A stretch of DNA of 64,000 bases from Candidatus Omnitrophota bacterium (GTDB taxonomy: Bacteria; Omnitrophota; Gorgyraeia; Zapsychrales; Zapsychraceae). Of this stretch, positions 39,361 through 49,777 are shown piece by piece. The stretch covers positions 1-64,000 of the forward strand of contig JADFXQ010000004.1 of the NCBI GenBank assembly GCA_015233495.1, in the 5' to 3' direction. Made by a program: the position numbers and the translations under genes. How positions within the stretch are numbered: position 1 is the first letter of the stretch; the number at the start of each line of letters is the position of its first letter. The notes beneath the pieces are model-generated. The model did not search any database. It was not told where the DNA came from and saw nothing but the letters and a program-made list of their open reading frames with translations.

Positions 39361-40290
39361 ATGTATTTGCGAATCATCGCTGCGGTCTTTTTAATCGTTT
39401 TGGGAGGAATGCGTTGTGGGAATGCCTTTGAGGATTCCATAGTGGCGGTAGTCAATGATGAATTGATCACCGCAAAAGATGTCCAAGCCTATTTGCATAC
39501 CACTTTTGTGAATTTAAAAGCCCAGGGAGTGCCGGAGCAAAAGATTCAGGAGATTATGGATGATTTAAAAACCAATGGTTTGTCAAAATTGATTGAAGAC
39601 CGCCTGATTTTAAGCCGCGCGAACAAGGCGGGCTTGGAAGTGCGGCCGCAGTTGGTCGACCAGCGTTTAGACGAGATTCTCAAAAACTATCCTTCCGAAA
39701 ACGTCTTTTTGGAAGCTTTGGCCGCCAATGGTTCTTCGATTACGGAACTGCGGCAGAGATTATTGGAACAGCTCAAGATCAAATATATTATTGATCATGA
39801 AGTCAAAGATAAAATCGCGGTGAATCCGCAGGAAGTCACGGATTTTTATTTAGCCAACCCCGCTTTGTTTCAAACTAAGGATAAAGTTTTTGTTGAATCG
39901 ATTTTTATCGGCAAAAAGAGCGACCCCGCCGCGGCCCGGATAAAAATCGAAGAGGCCGAAACGCGGATCAAAAACGGCGGGGATTTTATCGACGTGGCGA
40001 AAGCTTATTCCGAACTGCCGTCGATCGGAGCTGTCGAACGCGGTCAGTTGAAACCGGAAATCGAAGACACATTTTTTAAACTGCCGCAAGGCGGGGTTTC
40101 CGCCGTTACGGAAGTCGAAGACGGGTTCTACCTCTTTAAAATCACGGCCTATAAACCCGCCAAGCTCGCGGAACTGAAGGATGTGAAAGATCAAATCACC
40201 GAACGTATTTATCAAAAAAAATTCAAAGAAAAATTTACCGGGTGGCTGAATGATCTGAAGAAAAACGCTTATCTAGAAATCAAAAAATAA
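39361..40290 (+). CDS. surA: SurA/PpiC-type periplasmic chaperone/PPIase
   Basis: Signal peptide, DSIVAVVNDELIT, LIEDRLIL, GGDFIDVAKAYSE rotamase. Confidence 0.85.
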   Translation: MYLRIIAAVFLIVLGGMRCGNAFEDSIVAVVNDELITAKDVQAYLHTTFVNLKAQGVPEQKIQEIMDDLKTNGLSKLIEDRLILSRANKAGLEVRPQLVDQRLDEILKNYPSENVFLEALAANGSSITELRQRLLEQLKIKYIIDHEVKDKIAVNPQEVTDFYLANPALFQTKDKVFVESIFIGKKSDPAAARIKIEEAETRIKNGGDFIDVAKAYSELPSIGAVERGQLKPEIEDTFFKLPQGGVSAVTEVEDGFYLFKITAYKPAKLAELKDVKDQITERIYQKKFKEKFTGWLNDLKKNAYLEIKK

Positions 40291-40317
40291 AACGCCTGGC
40301 GCGTAGAAAGCGGTATT

Positions 40318-42063
40318 ATGACGGATAAAAAATTTTTTGGTTTTAGTGATCTTGCCTTTTTTTCAATGGCGTTGGCGTCCTTTGCCGGATGCGCCGGTAT
40401 GATTATTTATGGGGCATTTCATCTTATCTGGCTGAGAGTGTTTTTTTCCCAGTCGACTTATTACTTTATCTTGGGCTTGACTTTAGTTTGGGCAGTTACA
40501 CTGATCAAAGCCAGCCAAGAAGCGGGCTTTGACCCGAAGAAATTCTGGCAGCTTCATAAAACCGGCATTCTATTTTCCCTGCTGGCCGCCAGTTTTATTT
40601 TTATTTCAGTGCCGAAATATTTTCGCGTGTTAAGCGATGAAACGAATCTTTTGTCTGTAGCCCGGACCATGACTTTTGAAAAAAGAGTGGATAATGTTAC
40701 GGAGGGCAGATGGTATTACGAAAGATTTTGGCCCACCGCCAGTTCCATGGAAAAACGTTGTTTTCTTTTTCCTTTTTTCACGCAATTGTTTCATGTCGCG
40801 TTTGGATATCATGTTTATAATGTTTTTATTTTAAATTTTTTCGCGCTTTGGGGATTGTTGTTTGCTGTCTATTTATTGCTATCCCCGTATATAAGCAGCG
40901 GTTGGTCATTGATCGCGCTGGTATGCGTCTTGGCGCAACCGGTTATCACGCTAAGCGCCACCAGCGCGAGTTATGAAGTTTTCAACTCTTTGTTTATAGC
41001 CCTAGTATTTTTAAGCCTACGTTGGTTCTTGAGCTCCGGGACTCCCGTGGCGTTACAAGTCCTTTGCCTGAATTTGTTTATGTTGGCGAACATTCGTTAT
41101 GAATCGATTATTTTTTTGGCTGTAATTATTTTTTTCCTTTTTTTAAGCGGATATTTAAACAAAAAGCTTATTGTTTCATCGCCGATTTTGGTTTTGGGCC
41201 CGGTTTTTTTGTTCCCCTGGTTGGCCCAGCGGGTTGTCATGGCCCATGAAGCGGACAGTAACTTGATTGGTAATTCTTGGATGAATGCTTTTCAATTCGA
41301 TTTTATCGCGAACAACGTCAAACTATTTTTCAATTTTATTCTCAACTGGACCGGTAATTTAGGTTACGCGGGAATATTAAATTGGCTTGGTTTGGCGATT
41401 TTCTTTGTTTTACTGGGACAACTTTGGTTTAATCCGAATTTTAAAATCGATAAAGAGAAAAAGTTTTATTCCCAGGTTATTTTACTCAGTTTATTGTTTC
41501 TCTTCATAGCGGTTTTGGCGTATCAAGGCGGGATCAATGATCATCCTTTAAACGGGAGATTTTATTTGCCGATTTTGATATTTTTCTCGGTTTTGCCGGC
41601 GATCAGCTTAGGGGCGGGGTGGCTGGGAAATAAACTTTCTATTCGGCAGGGATGGCTCATTGCCGCGGCGCTTTTTATTTTTTATCATCCGATTGCGATG
41701 CGGGATCATTTGGCGAACGATCTGGTCATTATCCGGGAAGATCGGTTGGTCCGAGAATTTTTAAATAAAAACGCGGATCAAAACGCTTTGATCATTTGCG
41801 GCCGGCCGGGCCAGTTGACCGTAGATTTACGGGGAGCCATTTCATTTTCAACGGCAAACCGGGAAAAGCGGGAGATCTTGGATCAATATCATAATCATTT
41901 GTTCAGCATGATTTATGTTATCCAGACCTTTAACTACCAAACCCGCGGTCCTTTGTCGGATAATGTGGTCGATTCTATCTACGCCCTAGAGCCGGTCACC
42001 GAGCTGCAGACCGGCGGTGGACAATATATGCGAATTTCCAAGGTCCGCGCCCCCGGAGTGTAA
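40318..42063 (+). CDS. Multi-pass membrane protein, probable GT-C glycosyltransferase
   Basis: Many TMs; RVLSDE acidic motif in first large loop; IRYE and RFYLP motifs. Confidence 0.6.
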   Translation: MTDKKFFGFSDLAFFSMALASFAGCAGMIIYGAFHLIWLRVFFSQSTYYFILGLTLVWAVTLIKASQEAGFDPKKFWQLHKTGILFSLLAASFIFISVPKYFRVLSDETNLLSVARTMTFEKRVDNVTEGRWYYERFWPTASSMEKRCFLFPFFTQLFHVAFGYHVYNVFILNFFALWGLLFAVYLLLSPYISSGWSLIALVCVLAQPVITLSATSASYEVFNSLFIALVFLSLRWFLSSGTPVALQVLCLNLFMLANIRYESIIFLAVIIFFLFLSGYLNKKLIVSSPILVLGPVFLFPWLAQRVVMAHEADSNLIGNSWMNAFQFDFIANNVKLFFNFILNWTGNLGYAGILNWLGLAIFFVLLGQLWFNPNFKIDKEKKFYSQVILLSLLFLFIAVLAYQGGINDHPLNGRFYLPILIFFSVLPAISLGAGWLGNKLSIRQGWLIAAALFIFYHPIAMRDHLANDLVIIREDRLVREFLNKNADQNALIICGRPGQLTVDLRGAISFSTANREKREILDQYHNHLFSMIYVIQTFNYQTRGPLSDNVVDSIYALEPVTELQTGGGQYMRISKVRAPGV

Positions 42064-42159
42064 GCAGGTTTGAGGTGTTTAGAAACGGGTTTTCAATAAA
42101 GGGCGACTAAATGCAGAGGGCAAGGATTGATCTTTTAAAAGCAAAAATGGGCTTGGCAT

Positions 42160-43275
42160 ATGTTTAATTTTCTTCGAAGGTTGGATAACCTATTTATTCG
42201 TTTAGCCATTTTCGCCATAAATCCTAAAAAGTCTAAGGATATACAATCAGGAGAGGTGCGAGAGATCCTTTGTATAAAGTTGTGGGGGCTTGGCAATTTG
42301 ATTGTGATTTATCCATTAATAGAAAAATTGAAAGCCCGATTTCCGCAAGCGCGAATTACGTTCATTACCTTTGATTTGAATCGAGGATTTCTAGATGACG
42401 ACCAATCTTTGGATCGGGTCGTTTATTTTAGATTTACGGTTAATTTTTTTCGGATTATTCGGCAGGTTGCTGAATTGCTTAAAGAATTAAGGGCTTTAAA
42501 AATCGATTTGGTTATAAATTTTGAAACATTTAACAATGCATCAGCGGTGTTTGCTTATTTAACGAAGGCTCCGGTCCGGGTCGGTATAAATAATCGCTAT
42601 GAAAATTTTTTTTATACGCATTCTATCCAACGTGATCCTCAGGCGCACATCACAGAAGTTTTTTCCGATCTCGTAAGAACTTTGGGTTTAAAGTTTTCTT
42701 ACGCTTATTATTCATTTCCCGTAAAAGAACAGGAACAGCAAGCGGTGGAGCGGCAGATTAAGTCTCGTCCGTATCTATGTTTTCATCCCGGAACAAGCGG
42801 AAATTTTACAGGGAAGAGATCCCGCGAAGAATATTTTGCCAAATTGGCTAATTTATTCATTGAGGTTTGCTGTATCCCAGTTTACTTCACGGGATCTTAT
42901 AAGGAAACACCGATCATTGAGAGGATTATCGAAAAAGTTAATGACAAGAGTAAAGTTTTTAATATCGCGGGGACTTTCACAATTTGGGAGTTGGTTGAGT
43001 TGATGAGGGGGTGCCGGTTATTTGTTGCGGGTGACACAGGTCCAACGCATCTCGCGGCCTCTTTAAACGTGAATACGGTTGTTATGTTCGGCCCCAGCTC
43101 CCCGAAAAGATATTCTCCGTTAAATCAAAATTCAATAGTTTTTTATAAAGGATGTTCATGTAGTCCATGTTTGAATCCGGATGTCTTAACGCAGACATGC
43201 AGAAAGAAATATGAATGTTTGGATTTTGATGTTCAGGATAACTTCGCTCAGATATCCAAAAGATTTTTGGATTAG
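42160..43275 (+). CDS. Glycosyltransferase family 9 (heptosyltransferase-like)
   Basis: IKLWGLGNL..P....LK.RFPQARI, FHPG, GDTGPTHLAASLN, FGPS. Confidence 0.9.
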   Translation: MFNFLRRLDNLFIRLAIFAINPKKSKDIQSGEVREILCIKLWGLGNLIVIYPLIEKLKARFPQARITFITFDLNRGFLDDDQSLDRVVYFRFTVNFFRIIRQVAELLKELRALKIDLVINFETFNNASAVFAYLTKAPVRVGINNRYENFFYTHSIQRDPQAHITEVFSDLVRTLGLKFSYAYYSFPVKEQEQQAVERQIKSRPYLCFHPGTSGNFTGKRSREEYFAKLANLFIEVCCIPVYFTGSYKETPIIERIIEKVNDKSKVFNIAGTFTIWELVELMRGCRLFVAGDTGPTHLAASLNVNTVVMFGPSSPKRYSPLNQNSIVFYKGCSCSPCLNPDVLTQTCRKKYECLDFDVQDNFAQISKRFLD

Positions 43276-43304
43276 AAAAATATTGCTCAAGTGAGGGCGC
43301 AAAT

Positions 43305-44369
43305 ATGTTCGGATTTATTGGTGCGATCATAGCTTCAAATTTTAAGCGGTTGAGTTCTCCTTTCAAGTTGGGTTATGCGGTTACTTATAGATGCAATCTC
43401 AAATGTAAAATGTGCAATATTTGGCATAAAGATGACCACAGTCGGGAACTTTCAGTTTTTGACATTGAAAAGTTTTTCCTCAAGCCACACGGTCTTCATT
43501 GGGTTGGCCTTACTGGAGGAGAATGCTTTCTTCGCGCTGATCTTCCTGAAATTGCTGACGTTATCATAAGTAATTCCAAACAATTATCTGCCATGCACAT
43601 TGCGACCAACGGCACCCGTACAGATAAAATTGATCATTTTATGACGGAAGTGCGCAAGAAACATAGAAAGATAAAATTTGTTTTCACCGTTAGCATTGAC
43701 GGTCCTTCAGATATTCACAACAAGATCAGGGGCGTGGAGGGTGTTTGGGAAAAAGCGTTAACTACATTCAAAATGTTAAAGAAAATGCCATTGGTTAAAC
43801 CGCAATTCGGCTTTACATTGTCCCACAGTAATGTTGGGCAATTTGAAGATACTTTTCACAGCCTTAAGGACGTTTATCCACAGCTGCGATTTGATGATAT
43901 CTCGGTTTATATCTTTCAGAAATCTTCTTTTTACTATGATAACCAGGATATGCTTGACCTGGACAAGAATGTTCGGATTAAGGAAATAAATAAAATACTT
44001 GCTTTGGATAAGGAAGGGTGTACCCTGAATAATTTTTTGCGACGGAAGTTTTTGCAGATGTATTTGACTTATCTTCAAACGAGCCAAACTCCAATCAAGT
44101 GCCAGTCAGCCGCTTCCACTTGTTATTTGGATCCTTATGGCACGTTATATCCATGCTCAGTTTGGAATCGAAAACTTTTTAATATTAAAGAGACTAATTT
44201 ATCTCTTAAGGAGATTTGGCAAACGAATGAAGCCAATAATATCTATAAAGATGTTTTATCAAACAAATGCACAGGTTGCTGGACGCCCTGCGATGCCTAC
44301 AGCGCAATGGGAGGGTCGTTATTACAAACCATTTTATGGAGCGGATCCGGCCTTAAACGTAAAGTGTAG
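43305..44369 (+). CDS. Radical SAM protein with SPASM/twitch domain
   Basis: CNLKCKMC, TGGE, TNG, SIDG, C..YLDPYGTLYPC, CTGCWTPC. Confidence 0.92.
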   Translation: MFGFIGAIIASNFKRLSSPFKLGYAVTYRCNLKCKMCNIWHKDDHSRELSVFDIEKFFLKPHGLHWVGLTGGECFLRADLPEIADVIISNSKQLSAMHIATNGTRTDKIDHFMTEVRKKHRKIKFVFTVSIDGPSDIHNKIRGVEGVWEKALTTFKMLKKMPLVKPQFGFTLSHSNVGQFEDTFHSLKDVYPQLRFDDISVYIFQKSSFYYDNQDMLDLDKNVRIKEINKILALDKEGCTLNNFLRRKFLQMYLTYLQTSQTPIKCQSAASTCYLDPYGTLYPCSVWNRKLFNIKETNLSLKEIWQTNEANNIYKDVLSNKCTGCWTPCDAYSAMGGSLLQTILWSGSGLKRKV

Positions 44370-44379
44370 GAGAAACCAA

Positions 44380-45285
44380 ATGGATATGCAGGAAATCCGA
44401 TCGCTTATTAACTCGACAATCTATGATTTGGATACTGTTGATTATTTGCTTGATTATGGAAGAATAGATGAAACCGTGACAATTGTTAATAAAATCTTAA
44501 ACCGGATTCAATATTTTCGCGACCAAACTGGAAAGGGGCCTTATGATCTGAAAGACATTTTTCAAGATGATTTTTGGATTGCGAAGATTAACGAGGCGTC
44601 GACGTTTGGAGATATGCGTAATAACGTAAGACAAGCTTCCCGTCAAGTAATAGACATTTCTGAAAAAGTCCTCAATCAGGAGGAATACATTAATTTTGTT
44701 AAGAAAGTAGCATCTTGGGTGTATGAAAATGTCCGCAATTTAAGAAGGAAAGTGAGAACGCCGTTGAAAAAGAAAATTGAAAGGGTGTCAGTATTTTTGG
44801 CGGCAAGTCTTGCAGTTGGAGGTTTGATTGTTTTTTGTATAATGCAAATTTTCGCTCGAAATTGGGGATTGCATGCGGATTTTTATGAAGGGAGAAATTT
44901 CGATAGATATGTTTCATCAGAAGTTCGTCATGCCATTGATATCAGCGAGCCTTATGATTTCGATGGAAAGGTTGGGCCCGATGATTTTTCTGCTCGATAT
45001 ACGGGATTTCTTAAGGCGCCTAAAGACGGGAAATATCTTTTTACTATAATTGTTGACGATGGAGCTCGGTTGTTTATAGATGGTGTGCCCATTATCGATG
45101 AATGGAGGCGTCAGGGCGACCGCATTCCCTTTTCTAAAAATATTTATTTACCAAAAGGCCTGCATTCGATTCGTTTAGATTATTTTCAATCTATCGGACC
45201 TGCTGTTTTAAAATTATTTTGGACGCCGGAGCATGGACAACAGAAAATCATCCCGGCAGATTTTCTTAGGCAGAATAATGAGTAG
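44380..45285 (+). CDS. Membrane-anchored PA14-domain protein
   Basis: AGGAG SD; helical N-terminus, one TM, then GLHADFY..DDFSARYTGFLKAPKDGKYLF..DDGARLFIDG..HSIRLDYFQ. Confidence 0.85.
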   Translation: MDMQEIRSLINSTIYDLDTVDYLLDYGRIDETVTIVNKILNRIQYFRDQTGKGPYDLKDIFQDDFWIAKINEASTFGDMRNNVRQASRQVIDISEKVLNQEEYINFVKKVASWVYENVRNLRRKVRTPLKKKIERVSVFLAASLAVGGLIVFCIMQIFARNWGLHADFYEGRNFDRYVSSEVRHAIDISEPYDFDGKVGPDDFSARYTGFLKAPKDGKYLFTIIVDDGARLFIDGVPIIDEWRRQGDRIPFSKNIYLPKGLHSIRLDYFQSIGPAVLKLFWTPEHGQQKIIPADFLRQNNE

Positions 45286-45356
45286 GTTGGGAGTATCGGG
45301 GGCACAAAGCTGATTGTTAAAAGTGCGTATTAACTTATGAAAGGCTGTAAAACCTT

Positions 45357-46877
45357 GTGTTAATACTAAAAAAAATCATCCAGGAAATAATAAAAACACC
45401 CGCGTTGCTGCTTTTACTTTTTGTATATTTGTATATTCTGCCGTGTTGTCTTTCCTATGATAATGCCTGGACTCAACCAGAACAATTTTATATAAAAACT
45501 AGCGTGTTACATACGGGCTCCGTTCTGAATCTTAAAGATTTAAAGAATGGTCTTTCCTCGCAGGATTTCGAATTTAAAAGCCGGTGTACGCGTCCTTTAT
45601 CATCATATTTTGAGATCTTAGATACCAAATTTCGTATCTGGCTTTGGCATTTTATGATTCCTCATCCAAGCCTGTCACTAACCTGGATTTTCTCATTAAT
45701 ATTAAGTCCGTTTTTCTTTTATAAATTGTTGCGAAATCGATTAATCAGCAGGAATGTTTCGTTTGCGGCGGTGTCTTTTTATCTTGTAACTCCCTGTGTG
45801 CTTAGTTATGAAACAATGCTTTTTAGACCCTCAAAATCTATGGCTAATTTTGTTATCATTCTTTGTCTTTATATGGCTTCATTGTTGCATAAAAGGTCGG
45901 TTGAGAATAAAGCATATATCTCGCTGAAATCTTTTATTCCATTCTTGCTTCTAGTCGCGTTTTCAGTGTACTGGGATGAGACAACTTTATTTATATTTCC
46001 AGCTGTGTTATTTTTATTTCCGCGCTTAGTTAAACGTGAAATGCATCTTTTGCTTCTCCTGCCTATTTTTACTTTGTTTGGATATTATGTTGTTATCCCG
46101 TGGCTTTCTTCCCAGGCAGGCTACGGATTCCCGCGCTTGAATCAATGCAGTGATATGCAAGGTTTTCTTAAGCTCCCATACAATTTTTTTGAGCCGTTTA
46201 AATGCATCGTTTCAAACGCCGCGCGTTTAATTTTTGATACAATGGGTTTAGTTATCCCATCTTCTCAAGCGTCTAAGCTTATTAAGATAATGTTGATCTT
46301 ATCTTTGATTTGTTGGCTGATATTGTTTTTTTATATCCTAAGGGTCAGGAAAAAAGAGGGCTTTCTTGCGTTATTTCTGGGCATCCAAATATTGATCTTT
46401 AATCACTCAATGTCAGCCATGGGTTTGAAAACTTGGGGTCCCTTTTGGTATGGGACTTTTTGGTCGGTTTTCTTTTCTTTTTATTTGGCCCGATTGATAG
46501 AAAAGGCCAACATCCCTAAATATGTTTTAACTTTTAGTCTATTAATTATTTTGTTTAATATGTCCAACTGCTTTTTAGCGACTAATCTAATTTATAAGAA
46601 TTGTCACTATTATCCCTATAACCCAGGGAAAATAGCATTATATTTCCAGGATAAGAAGCTTCGTTTTGATCCTGTTGACAAGCCTTTTCTTAGCGGCTCT
46701 CAACTAAAATTCATTATCTCTGATTACTGGAGTCAGGTAAGGCAAGGCAAGACGATAGAGGATTTTTCCATTCCTAGGGAATTATGTTGGCTTCCTTTGG
46801 AAGTTGAGCCGAAGAAACAACATACAAGATATAGGCTGCTACAAAGCGATAATATTAATTATTTCAAGACAAATTGA
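45357..46877 (+). CDS. Multi-pass membrane protein (possible GT-C or polymerase)
   Basis: About 10 hydrophobic segments; AT-rich; inside the glyco island. Confidence 0.6.
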   Translation: MLILKKIIQEIIKTPALLLLLFVYLYILPCCLSYDNAWTQPEQFYIKTSVLHTGSVLNLKDLKNGLSSQDFEFKSRCTRPLSSYFEILDTKFRIWLWHFMIPHPSLSLTWIFSLILSPFFFYKLLRNRLISRNVSFAAVSFYLVTPCVLSYETMLFRPSKSMANFVIILCLYMASLLHKRSVENKAYISLKSFIPFLLLVAFSVYWDETTLFIFPAVLFLFPRLVKREMHLLLLLPIFTLFGYYVVIPWLSSQAGYGFPRLNQCSDMQGFLKLPYNFFEPFKCIVSNAARLIFDTMGLVIPSSQASKLIKIMLILSLICWLILFFYILRVRKKEGFLALFLGIQILIFNHSMSAMGLKTWGPFWYGTFWSVFFSFYLARLIEKANIPKYVLTFSLLIILFNMSNCFLATNLIYKNCHYYPYNPGKIALYFQDKKLRFDPVDKPFLSGSQLKFIISDYWSQVRQGKTIEDFSIPRELCWLPLEVEPKKQHTRYRLLQSDNINYFKTN

Positions 46878-46883
46878 GGTTAA

Positions 46884-47846
46884 GTGATGATTAAGGCTAA
46901 AGATATTTTTGTCGGGGAAAAAATCGGAATTACCGTGGGTGATCCCAACGGTGTAGGCCCGGAAATTATTGTCAAGGCCTTGGCAAAGACGACACTGCGT
47001 CGGGGCCGGCAGTTTGTCATTTATGGCAATTCGGATGTTCTGGCATTTTATCAATTCAAACAATATCGCAATGTGGTAGTTAAAGATCCGGGCGGGTTTT
47101 CTTTAAAAAATTTTAAGCCCGGAACGGGCAGCGCGGCGAGCGGCCGGGCGGCTTTGGCGTATTTGCGGGCCGCGGTTCAGGATTTGCAAGCAGGGAAAAT
47201 ACGTTCGGTGGCTACCGCGCCTTTGAGTAAAGAATTAGTCGGGCTGGCTCATCCCGGATTCCGCGGACACACCGAATATTTGGCGGAAGCTTTTGGCAAG
47301 AAAGACGACGAGATCGGTATGCTGTTTGTCGCCGGCTCCATACGGCTGATTTTGGCGACCCGTCATCTGGCCTTACGCCAAGTTCCGGATGAGCTTTCGC
47401 CGGAACGTTTGTATAAAGCCGTCAAATTATTAAACGACGCTTTAAAAAAATATTTTCTGGTGCCGTTTCCCAATCTCGCGGTATGCGGTTTGAATCCGCA
47501 CGCGGGTGAGGGAGGAGTATTGGGTACAGAGGAAATTGAAATCATTAATCCGGTATTGGACCGCTGTCGTAAAGAAAAAATTAGGGTAAGCGGGCCATTG
47601 CCCGCCGATACTTTATTCGTGCCGGATATTTTTAAAAAATACGACGCGGCGGTGGCGATGTATCACGATCAAGGCTTAATTCCGATTAAACTCATGGCGT
47701 TTAATCGGTTGGTGAATATGACGGTTGGTTTGCCGGTTTTACGCACTTCACCGGCGCATGGCACGGCGTTTAATATTGCGGGCAAGGGTTTGGCGGATCC
47801 TTCCTCAATGATGGAAGCGCTGCGTTTGGCAACGGAGCTGATATAA
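46884..47846 (+). CDS. pdxA: 4-hydroxythreonine-4-phosphate dehydrogenase
   Basis: GDPNGVGPE, GHTEYL, GLNPHAGE, AMYHDQG, RTSPAHGTA. Confidence 0.96.
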   Translation: MMIKAKDIFVGEKIGITVGDPNGVGPEIIVKALAKTTLRRGRQFVIYGNSDVLAFYQFKQYRNVVVKDPGGFSLKNFKPGTGSAASGRAALAYLRAAVQDLQAGKIRSVATAPLSKELVGLAHPGFRGHTEYLAEAFGKKDDEIGMLFVAGSIRLILATRHLALRQVPDELSPERLYKAVKLLNDALKKYFLVPFPNLAVCGLNPHAGEGGVLGTEEIEIINPVLDRCRKEKIRVSGPLPADTLFVPDIFKKYDAAVAMYHDQGLIPIKLMAFNRLVNMTVGLPVLRTSPAHGTAFNIAGKGLADPSSMMEALRLATELI

Positions 47847-48658
47847 TGAATTTCCCCGGGCAAGGCCAGCTGAAAAGGGAACTACCTGCCCGGCCGAAGA
47901 AAAGTCTGGGCCAGCATTTTTTAACCGATCAGCGGGTGATTGAACGAATAATCCGAGTTTGTGATTTGCGCCCCGAAGACTCTGTTTTAGAAATTGGGCC
48001 GGGCCGCGGCGTTTTGACTTTGGCTTTAGCGCAAAAAGTTAAGCAGGTTTTTGCCGTGGAAACGGACGCGCGGTTGATTGCGAATTTGCGTGCGGTTGTT
48101 CCTGCGGACCGCGTGACAGTCGTGCACGCGGATTTTCTCAAATTTCCTTTGGCCGCTTTACCGTCCGGGCTGCGGATTGTCAGCAATCTTCCCTATAACA
48201 TTGCGACGCCCATTTTAGAAAAAATCATTCAAGCGAAACAACAATTTAGCGATTGTCACGTGATGGTCCAGTGGGAATACGGGCAAAGGATGGCGGCTAA
48301 GCCGGGGACAAAGGCCTATGGCGCATTCAGTTGTTTTGCGCAATATTACGCACAGCCGCGGATTTTGTTTAAGATTTCCCCGGCCGCTTTTTGTCCTGCG
48401 CCGAAAGTTTATTCTTGTTTTATGGCAGTGGATTTGCGGATTTCACTGCCCACACCGGAGGGGGATGCGGCGTTTTTATTTCAGGTGGTGCACGCGGCGT
48501 TCAATTATCGCCGGAAAACATTAGTCAACGCGTTAGGAGATTTGGTGGACAAGAAAAAGACGCTGGCGGTTTTGCGGCAATTGGGATGGAATCCCCAAAT
48601 CCGCGGGGAGAGTTTGAGCCTGAAACAATTTATTCTTTTAGCGGAAGCATTGGCTTAA
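47846..48658 (+). CDS. rsmA: 16S rRNA dimethyladenosine transferase
   Basis: KKSLGQHFL, EIGPGRG, SNLPYNI, RRKTL. Confidence 0.96.
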   Translation: MNFPGQGQLKRELPARPKKSLGQHFLTDQRVIERIIRVCDLRPEDSVLEIGPGRGVLTLALAQKVKQVFAVETDARLIANLRAVVPADRVTVVHADFLKFPLAALPSGLRIVSNLPYNIATPILEKIIQAKQQFSDCHVMVQWEYGQRMAAKPGTKAYGAFSCFAQYYAQPRILFKISPAAFCPAPKVYSCFMAVDLRISLPTPEGDAAFLFQVVHAAFNYRRKTLVNALGDLVDKKKTLAVLRQLGWNPQIRGESLSLKQFILLAEALA

Positions 48659-48670
48659 ACAAGGAAGTTT

Positions 48671-49048
48671 TTACCGCCATTCTTTAAACCAGATTTTGCG
48701 CGGGTCGCGGACGATTTCAAAAGCATATTCGAGAATAGTGTTTTGCTGATGCTCGGGCATATTATAAAAATGGATGCCGGCTTCGTCAGTTTCTTCTTCG
48801 GCATGAGGCTTGATCCAAACAATCTGCCCCCGGGCTTCGACGCAGATTCCGTCATGCATATAAATTTTGAGATCAACTTGTTGTCCGGGATTTAAACCTT
48901 TGGGAGTTTCTAAACGAGCTCCGGCGCAGCTGATATCTTTGGTGTAGGCTTCAAAATGTTGGGGGCTGTTGGCTAAATGTAACGCCACGCGGTTGCGGGT
49001 TTCCCAACGGGGCAAATATCTTTGGTCGATTTGGTTTTGATCGTCCAT
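48671..49048 (-). CDS. Stand-alone PilZ-domain protein
   Basis: QRYLPR and DISCAG motifs; ARGQIVW; GIHF. Confidence 0.85.
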   Translation of the reverse strand: MDDQNQIDQRYLPRWETRNRVALHLANSPQHFEAYTKDISCAGARLETPKGLNPGQQVDLKIYMHDGICVEARGQIVWIKPHAEEETDEAGIHFYNMPEHQQNTILEYAFEIVRDPRKIWFKEWR

Positions 49049-49226
49049 AAGAGGGGATCCGGAGTTAGTAAAATCGTTAGCTGTTCATTTATGGAGTTCG
49101 CACCGTTGATAATCTACATCAGAACGGATAGGGAAACAAGGAAAAATTTACTATTATTTGTAAAATACGAAAAACCGGATAAATCAGAAATTTTTACCGA
49201 TAAGGAATAAGCGGAAGGAAAATCTT

Positions 49227-49724
49227 ATGATTCTTAAAGAAGGCCGTTATTTCCGTTTTTCACGCCGGGGTGATTGGGAGTTTTTTTCCCGAAAAAATTG
49301 CAGTGATGTCGCGATCATCGTGGCGCTGACCGATGAAGGCAAAGTGATTTTTGTTGAGCAATACCGGGAACCGGTGCGAAAAAAGGTGATAGAGTTCCCG
49401 GCCGGCTTGATCAATGACCACACTCCGGAAACTTTCGCGCAAGGAGCGAAACGCGAATTGCTGGAAGAAACCGGTTATCGCGCCCGGCGGATCACCCGGC
49501 TGTTAAAAGGCCCGGCCCAAAGCGGCGCCAGCGCGGATTTGGTCACCATGGTGCGGGCCTACGGATTAAAAAAAGTCAGCGCCGGCGGGGGCGACCGCTC
49601 GGAAAAAATCAAGGTTCATGAAGTTATTTTAACGGAAGTTCCGGCTTGGCTTAAAAAAATGTCCCGGCGGGGCTATTTGATAGAACCTAAAGTTTATGCT
49701 GGACTTTATTTTTTAACCGCTTAA
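49227..49724 (+). CDS. NUDIX hydrolase (ADP-ribose pyrophosphatase-like)
   Basis: EQYR.P, EFPAGL, AKRELLEETGY Nudix box. Confidence 0.9.
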   Translation: MILKEGRYFRFSRRGDWEFFSRKNCSDVAIIVALTDEGKVIFVEQYREPVRKKVIEFPAGLINDHTPETFAQGAKRELLEETGYRARRITRLLKGPAQSGASADLVTMVRAYGLKKVSAGGGDRSEKIKVHEVILTEVPAWLKKMSRRGYLIEPKVYAGLYFLTA

Positions 49725-49777
49725 AATAAAAATAGTTATTTAAAATTTTGAATGGCCATTCAAAAAAGGGGTGCTCA

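Noticed and set aside
49085..49135. ATGGAGTTCGC resembling a fluoride riboswitch
   Set aside because: Lacks the 5' pairing strand and the downstream GACTCC pseudoknot partner
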